Of a DNA stretch of 64,000 bases, positions 12,276-23,839 are shown one piece after another. This stretch comes from Narcine bancroftii (taxonomy: Eukaryota): NCBI RefSeq assembly GCF_036971445.1, contig NC_091476.1, positions 93,124,001-93,188,000 of the forward strand. Direction: 5' to 3'. A program made the position numbers and the translations under genes. Within the stretch, counting starts at the first letter, position 1, and the number at the start of each line of letters is the position of its first letter. The notes below the pieces were generated by a model. It saw nothing but the letters and a program-made list of their open reading frames with translations, searched no databases and was not told the DNA's origin.

Positions 12276-12525
12276 GTCATCATGTTCAAGACAGTGAGAG
12301 TTGAGGTGAACTCCTGATGTATATATTTTTAAAAATGAAATGGATGGACAGTGAAATCACTGCTCAAAGCTGAGACTTATTCACAACATAGATCAAGAAG
12401 CAAGCCCAAATTCAGGAGTTTGATAAAAGTGGTGAAAGATGAGAACACCTCATAGCTGGACCCTAGAATCAGACAGAAAGATGTTTCTTCATTCCATTAT
12501 TATTTGAAGCTTGCAATAAAAATAG
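12276..12525 (+). pseudogene. Candidate decayed exon
   Basis: tttag acceptor and AG|gtaag donor. Best frame ...KDENTS*LDPRIRQKDVSSFHYYLKLAIKI still contains stops. Confidence 0.25.
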
Positions 12526-13401
12526 GTAAGGTTCTTTTATGTAAATAATAGTATCTATCATAATACTTGTTTTCTAATCGAAATGTTGTTTGTCAAGTTG
12601 AAATCTGCTGACTTACAGAATGATAACATTTATAGTGGAAGTTTCCAGTTCTAATTTCTAGTATAATGTTGAAGAAGCTGCAATAAAGTTGTTTATCTTT
12701 ATTGAAGGAAAATTGGATCATGACCTACAATAGCAAAACTGACAGTGCACTGATTAAGTCAATAATGGGAAAGGCCTGGAGAAGGAAGGTTGCCTGCACT
12801 CTTCTTGGTTGCATGTCGATGGCTGATATAAATGGAAAGGTTAAAAAGGAGAAGCAGTTATTATCTCAGAGCTCTTGCAATTTCCTTTCATTGGAGGGCA
12901 TTATAGTACTGTTTCCACATTATCTTAAACAATTGTACCTTTAATAGATGTACAAATGTTGCAAGCATTGATATATTTAAAATGGACAGAATAAATTTAC
13001 ATATGGACAGTATCTTAGAGAGTCCATCGATTATTGATACTGTTTGGACTTAATTAGTCTAAGCTTAAAACATTCTGTGAAATTTTATTGTGTGCTTTGT
13101 GCCCGAATCATCTTTGCACTTAATATGTACCAGAATTATACATGAGTGAAGTTGAAGATGGTGGGCTGAAATTGTATATGATTGAAGAATCGTGAGCCAG
13201 GGAGACTGACTGTACATATGCTCATGAATCTCAAATACCTTGCAGGCGTAATGAACTTCAGTCACTGTCCAATAACAGATGAGCAGTATATCCTATCTCA
13301 CTCATCCTTCATCAGGCTGGGAACCTCATTCACATGACCAGTACTCACTCCAATGGTTTATAGGATACAGGTGCTAACACGGAAATCTTGGTTCTTTTTC
13401 T

Positions 13402-14092
13402 ATTTTTTATAATTTTTTATTTTTCACTCTATGAACCATATCAATCAAAATATATACAAAAATTTCTCATTAAATTTACACAGTGGTCTTTTCTCCTCTT
13501 TTTTATTTCCCCTTTCCCTCCCTCCCCTCTACCCACCCCCCTCCAAATCCATAAATATTCAACATGTACAATAGAATAAAACCATAAAACAATATCTTCA
13601 CACAAAGGAAAATAAACAAGAAAAATGCATCATTTATTTATTACACACTGAATCTAGTCATTTTGTCTTCTTATCATTTTCATTCTCAGTTTAGGGGATG
13701 GAGGTCATGGGCAAGCTCTCTCTGATATGTTCCATGTACGGTTCCCAAATTTGTTCAAACATTGTGACCTAATTTTTGAAATTATATGTTATTTTTTCCA
13801 ATGGAATACATTTATTCATTTCCATGTACCATTGCTGTATACTCATGCTCTCTTCCATTTTCCAAGTTGACATTATACATTTTTTTGCTATCACTAAGGC
13901 TATCATAATGAATTTTTGCACTTAATCCAATTTGAGGCCTAATTCTCTACTTCTTATGTTACTTAAAAGAAATATCTCTGGTTTTTATGGTATGTTATTT
14001 TTGGTAATTTTATTTAGTATCTGATTTAATTCTTCCCAAAAAGTATTTACTTTTGTACATGCCCAAGTTGCATGAAATGTTGTTCCCATTTC
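13402..14092 (-). mobile_element. L1/Tx1-like LINE 3' end
   Basis: Minus-strand ORF2 C-terminus FHATWACTKV..FWEE..IALVIAKKCIMSTWK..W..EMNKCIPLEKITY..IWEPY. A-rich tail. 15-bp TSD cttggtt(c/a)tttttct. Confidence 0.85.
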
Positions 14093-14951
14093 CTTGGTTA
14101 TTTTTCTTGAGGTAGTTTCATACTCCTGGAATGCAGATGAGAAATTACACCATGTCAATTAAGTGGAAGGAATTGGGAGTGAGAAAAAAGTAAATAAAAT
14201 TTTTAAAACTTTAAATGCATTTCTGTCTTCATTTAATAGTTTGTCCAAGATACGCCTGTTGGTATTTTGGGCAAGCAATTATATTTTAATTTCACCACTT
14301 CAGGAATCCCAGACTTGGGAAACTTGGTAAAGGCTGGGGTCTCATTCAGCCAGAGACCTCTTGGCCTCCAGGAGGTATGAAAAATCTTAGTGGAGATGGA
14401 TTGCTAAGTAGGAGCAGTTGGGGGGGTGGGGGTGGAGGGGGAGTTACCTGCCAGTTCAACAGCTAGGAGATTACACCAGCCCCAGCAGTGCAGGAAGGAA
14501 CTGACTTTGTTAGGAACTTGGCAGTCAGTAGGAAATTGGCTCAGCAATGGCATGCCTTGCTGCCAAACTGGTCACCTTCCCATTGGAAATGAAAGTAAGT
14601 AGTGGCTATCACTCCCATTTGCTGCTCACTTCATAGACCGTCTATGTTCCATGGAACAGTCAAGAGCAGCTTGTGTGGCAAGTTGCTAATATGATACTTC
14701 TCTCTTGGCCATTTTGTTGCATTCCTCAAATTGCAGATATGTAATGTTATAATTATATTTGCATATCTCACAATTGAGGAATTAAGTATTTTTAATTAGT
14801 GAATTGATTTGTTACTATTTTGTTAAATTAGGCACTTTAGAAGTTACACCTTCACATCAATGCATAAGACTGATATGTATGAATATGTCTTTTTCTAGTT
14901 TTATTTTATTTAAGTAACAGAAAGGAACCTCATATTATTGGTTCTTTATAG

Positions 14952-14974
14952 AAAATCTGGAAAAGCAGGTGAAG
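14952..14974 (+). other. Candidate 23-nt micro-exon
   Basis: tctttatag|AAAATCTGGAAAAGCAGGTGAAG|gtaacc. Confidence 0.2.
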
Positions 14975-15406
14975 GTAACCGATAGGATCCATCCCACTAA
15001 CATCACTGTGATCTAATATTGCATCCCAAGCAAATCAAACAATAGGAGCAAAATTCCTGAGAGTAAATAGTCTCACTCCGCTTTCTTTCTGAGTCATATG
15101 TGCCTTGACACCCAATTTACATCTGCATCTATTAATTTTGAATAGGTTACCTCTCCTTCACCGAGTTATTAACATTTTATTGATGAAGAACATTTTCAAT
15201 GTTGAAATAATTAAGTTGTAAACGTTTTCAAGCACGACAGTCACTTGATTATTTTTATAAAAAGATTAACATTTTTCTAATTGGTGACAGTTTATGCAAG
15301 TAGAACACTTGAACAGGTGATTTCGTATTATTGATTTTAAAGTTTTAAATTAATTGTTAATTTTTTTCTATTTTTTCAGCTAAGCGGGATTTTCCTGCCA
15401 TAAAGA

Positions 15407-15684
15407 ACTGCTGGATGAACTCTGCAGGACAAGCAGGGAAATGGACAGTCGACCATTCAGGTCAAAACTTAAGTCTGAATCCATCCTCCTCCTCCTCTTT
15501 ACTATTTAATACCTGTCTTCCCTCTCCTTTCTCAGTCCTGAGGCAAAATGTCAACTGTCCATTTCCCTTCTTGGATGCTGCCAGACCTGCTGAGTTCCTC
15601 CAGCAATTATTTTTATACTCTCAATTCCAGCATCTTATGGGTCCATTTTCCTGCCTTATTTTTTGTTACTTCATTGTTATTAAA
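15407..15684. mobile_element. Penelope-derived inverted tail pair (mini-PLE) inserted in a candidate exon
   Basis: Antisense and sense copies of the ...gacctgctgagttcctccagc tail, flanked by duplicated CATAAAGA (15399-15406, 15685-15692). Confidence 0.7.
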
Positions 15685-15729
15685 CATAAAGAGCCTCAAG
15701 CCAAATTCCTTTGCGATTCAATTGGCTAA

Positions 15730-16283
15730 ATTGTACATTGTGCTTTGGGTCACCTTATCTAAGGAAGGATGTTCTTGCAATGGAGGGAGTGCAGAGGCGA
15801 TTCACCAGGCTGATACCTGGAATGGCAGGAATGACTTATGAGGAAAGATTGCGCAAATTGGGATTGTACTCGCTTGAGTTTAGAAGATTGAGAGGGGATC
15901 TCATAGAGACCTATAAAATTCTGGCAGGACTGGACAGAGTGGATGCAGATGGGATGTTTCCAATGATGGGAAAATCCAGAACCCGGGGCCATGGTTTGAG
16001 GATAATAGGCAAGCCATTTAGGACCGAGATGAGGAGAAATTTCTTGACCCAGAGGGTGGTGAATCTGTGGAATTCATTGCCACAGAGGGCAGTAGAGGCA
16101 GGTTCATTAAATCTATTTAAGAGGGAATTAGATCTATTTCTTCAGTATAAGGGTATTAAAGGTTACGGAGAGAAGGCGGGGACGGGGTACTGAACTTTAA
16201 GATCAGCCATGATCTCATTGAATGGCGGAGCAGGCTCGAAGGGTCGAATGACCTATTCCTGCTCCTATCTTCTATGTTTCTAT
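15730..16283 (+). mobile_element. Young CR1 LINE 3' end
   Basis: Open ORF2 C-terminus EGVQRRFTRLIPGM..YEERLRKLGLYSLEFRRLRGDLIETYKI..QRVVNLWNSLP, then 3' UTR and ttctatg tail. Confidence 0.95.
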
Positions 16284-16734
16284 GGATGGGTATAAATTGC
16301 ATCCTCTCTTGTTCTGATTAATTATGCTATATTTTAAATTTATGTTCAATAGAACTTTATTTGGTTAAAACAATTTTCTTTTTTGAAATCTGATTTTGTC
16401 AAGCAGGAATATTTGTTATGGAAGCACATTCCATTTCGTGGTTCAGTATCCTAGACCCATATATGCAATTTGGTTTAAACTTATACGACTCTTTCAACAC
16501 TTTTGCATACTCAATTGCTACTTTTTTATTTTCCATTTTTGCCAGATTATGATCTGTCTGAGTAAGATTAATTGGGAACTATTTTTCATGCATCACAATG
16601 AAGAACGAGACAGACTGCAAAATAATTTGAAAGGTCCTCCACAAATGAGCAAAACACGACCTTTGATGGAATGAATCTGGCCTGATTATGAATGCAGAGG
16701 CACATTCTGATATAAAAACAGATAGCATAGGAAA

Positions 16735-16920
16735 AATACAGTTACTACAGATGCTGGAACCTTGAGCAGGTCAGCAAGCATCCATAAAAAGAAATGGACA
16801 GACAACATTTTGGGTTGGTATCTGATCAGCCTCAAAAGTCCCAACCTGAAATGTTTATTGTCCATTTCCCTCCACCAATGCTGCCTGACCTGCTAAGTCT
16901 TTCAAGCTTCTCATTGTTTG
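16735..16920. mobile_element. Penelope-derived palindromic mini-element
   Basis: gcaggtcagcaagcat..aaatggacag..ttttgggttgg is inverted to cccaacctgaaatg..tgtccatttccc..atgctgcctgacctgc. Confidence 0.7.
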
Positions 16921-16976
16921 CATGAGATATAATGAAGTGTTGGAGTTAGTTCAAAGAAGATTTATTTCTTTTTCAG

Positions 16977-17667
16977 AGCTGATGGTGACTTATTTTCTGA
17001 AGCATGTCCAGGTACCAGCAGAATTGATTACAGCTCAGGAGAAGAGCTGGCATTTACTGAAGAAGAAAATATCAACTTTGAAGAAGTTACAGCAATAAGC
17101 CATGAAGAAAGTAGGAATAGAATTGAAGTCAGTGGTTTCCATTCAAGAGCAAAGGATGACACTGCAGAGATTAATATTTGTGCTGCAGAGCTTGGATCCC
17201 CAATGGGCAAAGAAAACATGAAGTTAGATGCAAACATCTGTAGAGCAGAACTGCTATCAGCTATGAGCGAACAAAATAAACCTGAGCAGGACATGGCCAC
17301 TGAGAAGGTTGGACATGATATCTATGGGATTGAATTGGACCAGAAAGATTTTGTAGAGGCAACATCTGGTAGCACTGCAAATGTTGACATCTGTGGCACT
17401 GAGCTGGGTTTTGTAGTAAAAAAGGATATGGGCCAAGGAGATCATGAAAGGAATGAGATTGATGTTAGTCCTCAAGGTGGTGATAAAGTCTCAGAAGAAT
17501 CTATGAATCAACATGAATTTAGTGGTGTGCTGAATGATAGTCAAGGTCAGGCAAATATAGATCAGGACTGCACAGATGTTACTACAGAGGCTGACATGAA
17601 AGTTATTGCCAATCCATCACCAGAAGAAATTCACAGTGCTGAGGAATGCAGCAATATGGTAGAATAA
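16977..17667 (+). CDS. Terminal coding exon of an unidentified host gene or pseudogene; acidic, low-complexity, ~229 aa
   Basis: Pyrimidine tract tttatttctttttcag acceptor. Frame open from 16978 (ADGDLFSEACPGTSRIDYSSGEELAFTEEE...) to TAA at 17667. AATAAA near 17663 and 17747. No TE motifs recognised. Confidence 0.65.
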
Positions 17668-17841
17668 ATATTCAAGCCCCATAGTCCATTAACTTTGAAA
17701 TATATTGGCTATCTTTGAGATAAACAGAAAATATTTAATAAGTATAATAAAAATCTCGATGGCTGTAGCATAGCGGATAGTACAGCTGCTGAACTTTCAC
17801 CCTCTGACTGCTTGGTTCCATCCCCCAAACCCCTCCACTGA

Positions 17842-18075
17842 GTGGCATGGTTGGCAAAGTGCTTAGCGCAACACCTTTAAAGAACCAGCGATTGAGACCG
17901 GACCAGGGTTCGAATCCAATGCTGTCTGTAAGGAATTTTCATGTTCTCCCTGGGTCTGTGTAAGTTTTCCCCGGGGGGCTTTGGTTTCCTCCACTGTTCA
18001 AAATGTACTGGGAGTGTAGATTAATCGGGTATAAATTTGGCTGCACAGACTCCTGGGCTGAAGTGGCCTGTTACT
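17842..18075 (+). mobile_element. tRNA-derived SINE (HE1/V-SINE-like)
   Basis: A-box-like tggcaaagtgcttagcg, B-box ggttcgaatcc (17907-17917), V-type core gttctccc..ggtttcctcc, CR1-like tail. Confidence 0.85.
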
Positions 18076-18379
18076 AAAAGAGCACCCCAAAGATGGTGCT
18101 GTTATGTAGTTGAAAGGCAGTAAGATCAGTAGGCAGTTGATGGACATGTGAGAGTAAATAGGTGAAAGGGAGAGACAGTTATTCTTTTGACAATGACATC
18201 CTTACAGCATCTCTCTGTGTATGAAACACAAATATGTGGAGGCATCTGGAGATATGCCATGGCATCCATCTGATTGACTGCTTGACCTTCCTTTCAAACC
18301 CTGCATATCTGATGCCATACCTTTCCAAATCTGGAACCTTCATCTCTTTCATTAAATAATCTTTACTCCCAAATCCCCT

Positions 18380-18735
18380 AATGATCCTCTACTGTCACTA
18401 ATAGAAGATGATGTGCGGGCTACCTTTAGGAGAGTGAATCCAAGGAAAGCATCTAGTACAAACAGAGTACCCAGCTGAATACTAAAAACCTGTGCTTACC
18501 AACTTGCAAATGTATTCGCAGATATCTTCAACATCTCACTCCTGCCAAATGTGGTATTCACATGTTTCAAATAGGGCTCAATCCTACCTGTGCCCACAGT
18601 GATGAAGTATTTAGAGAGGCTGGTGTTGAAGTATAAAAATATAAAAGCAGTGACATGAATCCATTCAAATTTGCCAACCACAGCATCAGATCTGTGCCAT
18701 CCCACTGGCACTACACAAAGTCCTGGAACATGATA
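18380..18735 (+). mobile_element. Rex-Babar LINE internal fragment
   Basis: F.RVNPRKA....LKTCAYQLANVFADIFNISL..TCFK; homologous to 54550-54920. Confidence 0.8.
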
Positions 18736-18742
18736 CATGTGG

Positions 18743-20292
18743 TAAAAACACAATGCTGGAGAAACTCCTCAAGTCAAGCAGTGTACATTATGTTGCAACG
18801 ATACATAACCATGTTTCGGGCTTGAGCCCTTCATTAAGGTATGGACAAAATGTGGACAGGTGCCCAAACAAAATAGGGCCAGGAGGAAGTCCACAGTCCT
18901 AGAAGCAGGAGTTAAAAGTTGGATAAAGGGTGGAGGGTGCACCAGCAAGCAGGGGAATGGGGGATGGCTCTGTGAATGAGAGAGAGCTGGAGGAAAGAAG
19001 ACAGGGAAAGGGAAGGGAGGGAGAACAGAGGGTAGGCTAGCAGAAACCTGAGAGTCAATGCCATCCAGTTGGAGAGTGCCCAGACAGAAAATCAAGCATC
19101 AAGCGTTGTTCCCTCAATTTACTGGTGGTCTTGGTGGGATAGTACATGAGGCCATGGATAGACATAGGATAGAGTAGGGTACAGAATTGAAGTGGTTGGC
19201 CACTGGGAGATCCCTGTCACTGATGCGGAGAGAGTAAAGGTGCTCAGTGAAGCAATCTAGTCTGTATCCAGTCTCTTCGATGTAGAGAAGGCCACAAATA
19301 GAGCACAGGATGCAGTAGATAATTCCTGTGGATACGCAACTGGTGTTGCTTCACTTGAAAGAACAGTTTGGGGCCCAGAATGGTGGTGAGGGAGGAGGTG
19401 TGGGAACATGTGCCATCTCCTGCATCTACAGGGGAATCTGCTGGGGGGGAGGGGGCGAGGGAGTCTTGGAGGGAGCAGTCCCTACAGAAGGTGGAGAGGG
19501 AAAGATATGTCTGGGGGGGTTCTGTTATAGGTGGCAGAAATTGCAGAGGCTAATGAAGTGGTGGGTAAAGACAAGAGGAATTCTGTATTTGGCAGCAGAA
19601 GGGACCAAGGCAGATGAGTTGGAAATGGAGGAGATGCAGGTAAGGTCGGAGTTGATGATGGTGGTGGGGAAGCCACGTTTTTGGAAGAACAAGAACATAT
19701 CAGATATTCTGGTCTGGAAGATCTCATCTTGGAAATAGATGTGGTGGAGATGGAGAAATTGTGAGAAGGGGGATAGAAGCCTTGCGGGGGACTGGATGGG
19801 AAGAAGTGCATTTGCGGTAGTTGTGTGAGTTGATGGGTTTATAAACTATGTCGGTGGAAGGCTTGTTACCCAAGATGGAGACAGAGATCAAAAAAGGAGA
19901 GTGTGTTTCCGGAGATGCACCAGGTGAGTTTGCAGTCAGGGTAGCAGCTGTCCATGAAGTTAACACATTTGACAAGCTCATGAGTGCATGAGGCAGTCCC
20001 AATGTAGTCATCAATATAGTGGAGGAAGAATTGAGGGGGAGTCCTGTGTAGGCTTGCATTATGGAATGCTCCACAAAGCCCACAAACAGTTAGGCACAGC
20101 TGGGATCCATGCAGGTACCCTTGGCTACTCCTTTGACTTGAAAGTGGGATGAGTCCAAGAAAAAGTTATTAAGAGTGAGAACAAGTTCTGCCAGGTGAAG
20201 AGGGTAATTGTGGAAGGTGACTGGTTAGGTCTCTTGTCAAGAAAAAAAAGAAAAGGAGAAATGAAGGGCTTTGAGATCTTCTGTATGGAAGA
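18743..20292 (-). mobile_element. Penelope-like element (Neptune type), 5'-truncated
   Basis: RT G.A.G..M.P..A.LFVGFVE and QFFLHYIDDYI. GIY-YIG IIYCILCSICGLLYIEETG. 3' tail with a hammerhead-like motif at 18813-18839. Confidence 0.9.
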
Positions 20293-20295
20293 TGG

Positions 20296-21260
20296 AGTCC
20301 TCGGGTTACAAACGTCCGATTTACAAAAGGCTAGTACTTACAAACTGACAAGCTGGCTGGAAGTTGAATGTTATCAACTTCCAGTTTGAGTATGGTTGAG
20401 TTAGCATCGTGAGAGACTATACTGTAAATACTCTCACAAGATGTTGCCATTACCCAGCATCGCGAGAGAGTAGCACACTGCATGTTGCAAGTGCGGGAGC
20501 AGATTTGAAATTGAAAAGTACGGATTTAAACATTGTGAATCTGTGTAACGGAGTTTTGAAAAGTGTGGGGTTTGACATAGTGCAGTTTGAAATTTCTGAC
20601 CCACAGTTTTACATTTGCAAAGTTTTATTGTTGTTGCTATTTAAACCACTTCATAATACTTTGCAAGACTCCAGTTTAAAATATTTGAAATGTAGGCACT
20701 AAGCTGTGGAATAGAGAGAGTTAAGTGGCTATGGTGAAAGTTATTGCTGTCCCCATTGTAATCAGACTCCCTGCACTATCCCACAGCATGCTGCCTTATT
20801 ACACTGATGGGAATCAGTTTTTTGGTCTCTGCTCCAATGTGGCAGGCCAGCAAGTTTGCAAACCACTGAACAATGCTAGTTCGTATGGAGGGGATCCGCT
20901 GGGTTTGAGTAGGGGAAGACCAGTGAATTTCTAAACCTCTGAACAACACATTAGGTTTAGGGTTAGGAGCAGACCAGCGAGTTTCCAAACCACTGAAAAA
21001 CACCAGTTTGTATGGAGGCAAAACCCCTGGGTTAGGGTTAGGAGTAAACGACATTAGACAAATAGATATTGTAGTGTATTTGGAAGTGTTTCTAAAGTGT
21101 TTTTCATGCATAGAAAGGTAAAATATATACTACGTATGCTATATACTAAGATAAACATATGACTGATACTAAATAAGAACCATATGTTCTTGTTCCGACT
21201 TAAATACAAATTTGAGTTAAAGACAGACCTAGGTAACGGAACTTGTTTTTAACCCAGGGT
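20296..21260. mobile_element. Degraded Tigger/pogo-like non-autonomous DNA transposon
   Basis: Ends agtcctcgggttacaaacgtccgatttac and gtccgacttaaatac-like..taacccaggg resemble Tigger TIRs and subterminal repeats. Confidence 0.4.
20847..21048 (+). repeat. Degenerate 3-copy minisatellite (~55-73 bp units) ending in GGTTAGGG-like motifs
   Basis: Units ccag(c/t)(a/g)a(g/a)ttt..aaacc(a/t)ctgaa..gggttagggttagg. Confidence 0.6.
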
Positions 21261-21528
21261 TATATTGCTGAATTTAGTGTTTCCAAAACTTTGTGCTGAT
21301 TTTAGGGTCAGCCAAAATCGTTTCACTGATCCAAGCAACTTAGTAATTCTTGAGAAAGATGGGCATGCAAAAAATTGTTTGATTTCTTATCCAAAATTAT
21401 AAATGGTGTAGAATAAACTGCAGATAAATCTATACCTTTTAAGGTGAAAATATGGAGCATGATGAAGTAAGACTGCATGCAAAGACTGCTTGGTATAACT
21501 TTACCCCCTCTCACCACTACCTTTCAAG

Positions 21529-21909
21529 AAGAGACATATAAAATTCTGGCAGGACTGGACAGAATGGATGCAGATGGGATGTTTCCAATGATGGGAAAAT
21601 CCAGAACCCGGGACCATGGTTTGAGGATAATAGGCAAACCATTTAGGACCGAGATGAGGAGGAATTTCTTGACCCAGAGGGTGGTGAATCTGTGGAATTC
21701 ATTGCCACAGAGGGCAGTGGAGGCAGGTTCATTAAATCTATTTAAGAGGAAATTAGATCTATTTCTTCAGTATAAGGGTATTAAAGGTTACGGAGAGAAG
21801 GCGGGGACGGGGTACTGAACTTTAAGATCAGCCATGATCTCGTTGAATGGCGGAGCAGGCTCGAAGGGTTGAATGACCTACTCCTGCTCCTATCTTCTGT
21901 GTTTCTATG
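21529..21909 (+). mobile_element. Young CR1 3' end, same subfamily as 15730-16283
   Basis: Near-identical ETYKILAGLDR..GIKGYGEKAGTGY* and 3' UTR. Confidence 0.95.
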
Positions 21910-22059
21910 TTAAGAGCCTTTGTGTTAAGATTGCTGAAGATTAAATTAATTCTGACGTCATTGTGGTATAAGGTATGGAAATAGGCTCTTATGTCTACTG
22001 AACCTCTGCTGATCACCAATTACCCATTAACTCTAATCTTAAACTGATCTCATATTCTT

Positions 22060-22260
22060 ATCCCCACATACCTGTCAATCTCCCACATGCTGTCACTATC
22101 CATATTTGGGGCAATTTGCTGTGGCCAATTAAACCTGCACATATTTGAGTTGTTGGAGGAAACCTGAGCACTAAGAAAAAGCCCATTACAGTCACCAAAA
22201 GAACATTCAAACTCTATACAGGTAGCACCAGATGTTACGTACGACTGAACTGAGTTGGGG
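22060..22260 (-). mobile_element. Degraded SINE
   Basis: ggggcaattt..gtggccaattaa..ggaggaaacctgagcac..aaactc core in antisense. Confidence 0.5.
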
Positions 22261-23839
22261 CAAGTGTGTGCGATGTTTCATCCCATTTTAGTTATTAACC
22301 CATTTCAAACCTGCTTATAAAGTGTGCATATTAAATTGTAGATACTTGATGCAAAATTTCGAGGAAGTAGAAGGAAACACCTATTGTGTGATATCATCCG
22401 CTTGTTAGAATTCCCAATGATTTTCTCAAGACGACAGCAACTCACCTTGCACCAAGCGTGCTCGATCTTAGTTTAAGAATTTTATTATATTAATTGCAGT
22501 GGAATTAGAAATTCTTCCTTTTAATACAACTATTTCAATTGCTTCTGTGTATGCATCCTGTCTGGACCATTAGAATAGGCTGAATATCATAGGTAGTTTG
22601 ATTTGAAAATAGTCCCAAATTTTATAACCCTTGTGAAATTGCATTCCTTACTTTGAGATAAATTCTTTGTGCATTTAATAGTACAACAGATTAAGCAAAT
22701 CATATTAAAAATAGACATTGAACATAAACACTATTTCAAATTTATAATAAGCAAGTGTGTTTAATTTAATTTTGAACTGTTTATCTGATTTTAAGATAAA
22801 TTATCAGATACACACCCAATTACAACAGTTATTCTTTATTCATTCAAGTTTCCATTGACTTTGGTATTAAATAGAGAAAGAAGCAATGAGGACAGTGTCC
22901 TATGTACAATTTGGTGTTTTACAAGTTATCTTATCAAGTCAATCCCGTTATGTTCAGAAGCCCTTTTCAGGAGTCACTATTAGTGAATGGATAATTTATG
23001 TAATTAAACCATTTTTAAAAATAAATGGTCTCCCCTATGCTTCTTCTAATTAAGACATTATAAATGTAATTGACAAGATGCTCAAAACAAACTGGTTATT
23101 GGAAGAAGCTGAATCCCTAATTTAAGTCTACTACATCGATTTTTGTCGTATTTAATAATGAATAACGCCAAACAGCAAGGAACCTGAATGAATAAATAAT
23201 TAATATGAATGCATATAGCTAATGAAAACAGCAGACCATATTGTAGATGGTTGAATATTTAATTAAGCAAAAATTTGGAGTGTCCAGGGCTCAGAGATTC
23301 AGAATAGATGAAGAATAATTTATGTAAAATTGCTGCTGTGTCCGACTGATTTCATTTTTGTTTTGTTTTGAATTATTTGCTGACATTATGATGCTAATGT
23401 GTTACTGAAAGTGTAATAAAGCACCTAATATATTGATTAAAAATTGAATGGTTGTAGTTAGCTTTAAATGATTTACATTTGCTCTATATATTTATGTGTC
23501 TCCACTCTTCATGCACCTGAATGCTATGTGAGGAACCAATTTTTTTCTTAGTTGAGCCCTATTTTAAGTTGTATCATAAGGCCAGCTGTAAAAAAAAACC
23601 TAATTCAAATTCAAAACTTCACAGGATAGATTTGCCTTGGATGAGTTTTTCAAAGTGACACCATAAACAAAACTTAACATAACTGAGACAGGAAGCCATG
23701 TGGAGCAATGAGCCAATTAACACTCTGTTCATGCAAAGAGGTTCAAATGCATCTTTGAAAAAGGGAAGACTGATGCAATCATGGGTGACTGAATATTTTT
23801 ATTAGCTAGAATGGTACTGCAATTAGCTCTTTCAGGGGT

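Noticed and set aside
17842-17920. tRNA gene
   Set aside because: The A/B boxes continue into a SINE core and LINE-like tail; no cloverleaf.
22441-22550. Perfect minus-strand donor CAAG|gtgagt
   Set aside because: No convincing open upstream exon; expected by chance in 64 kb.
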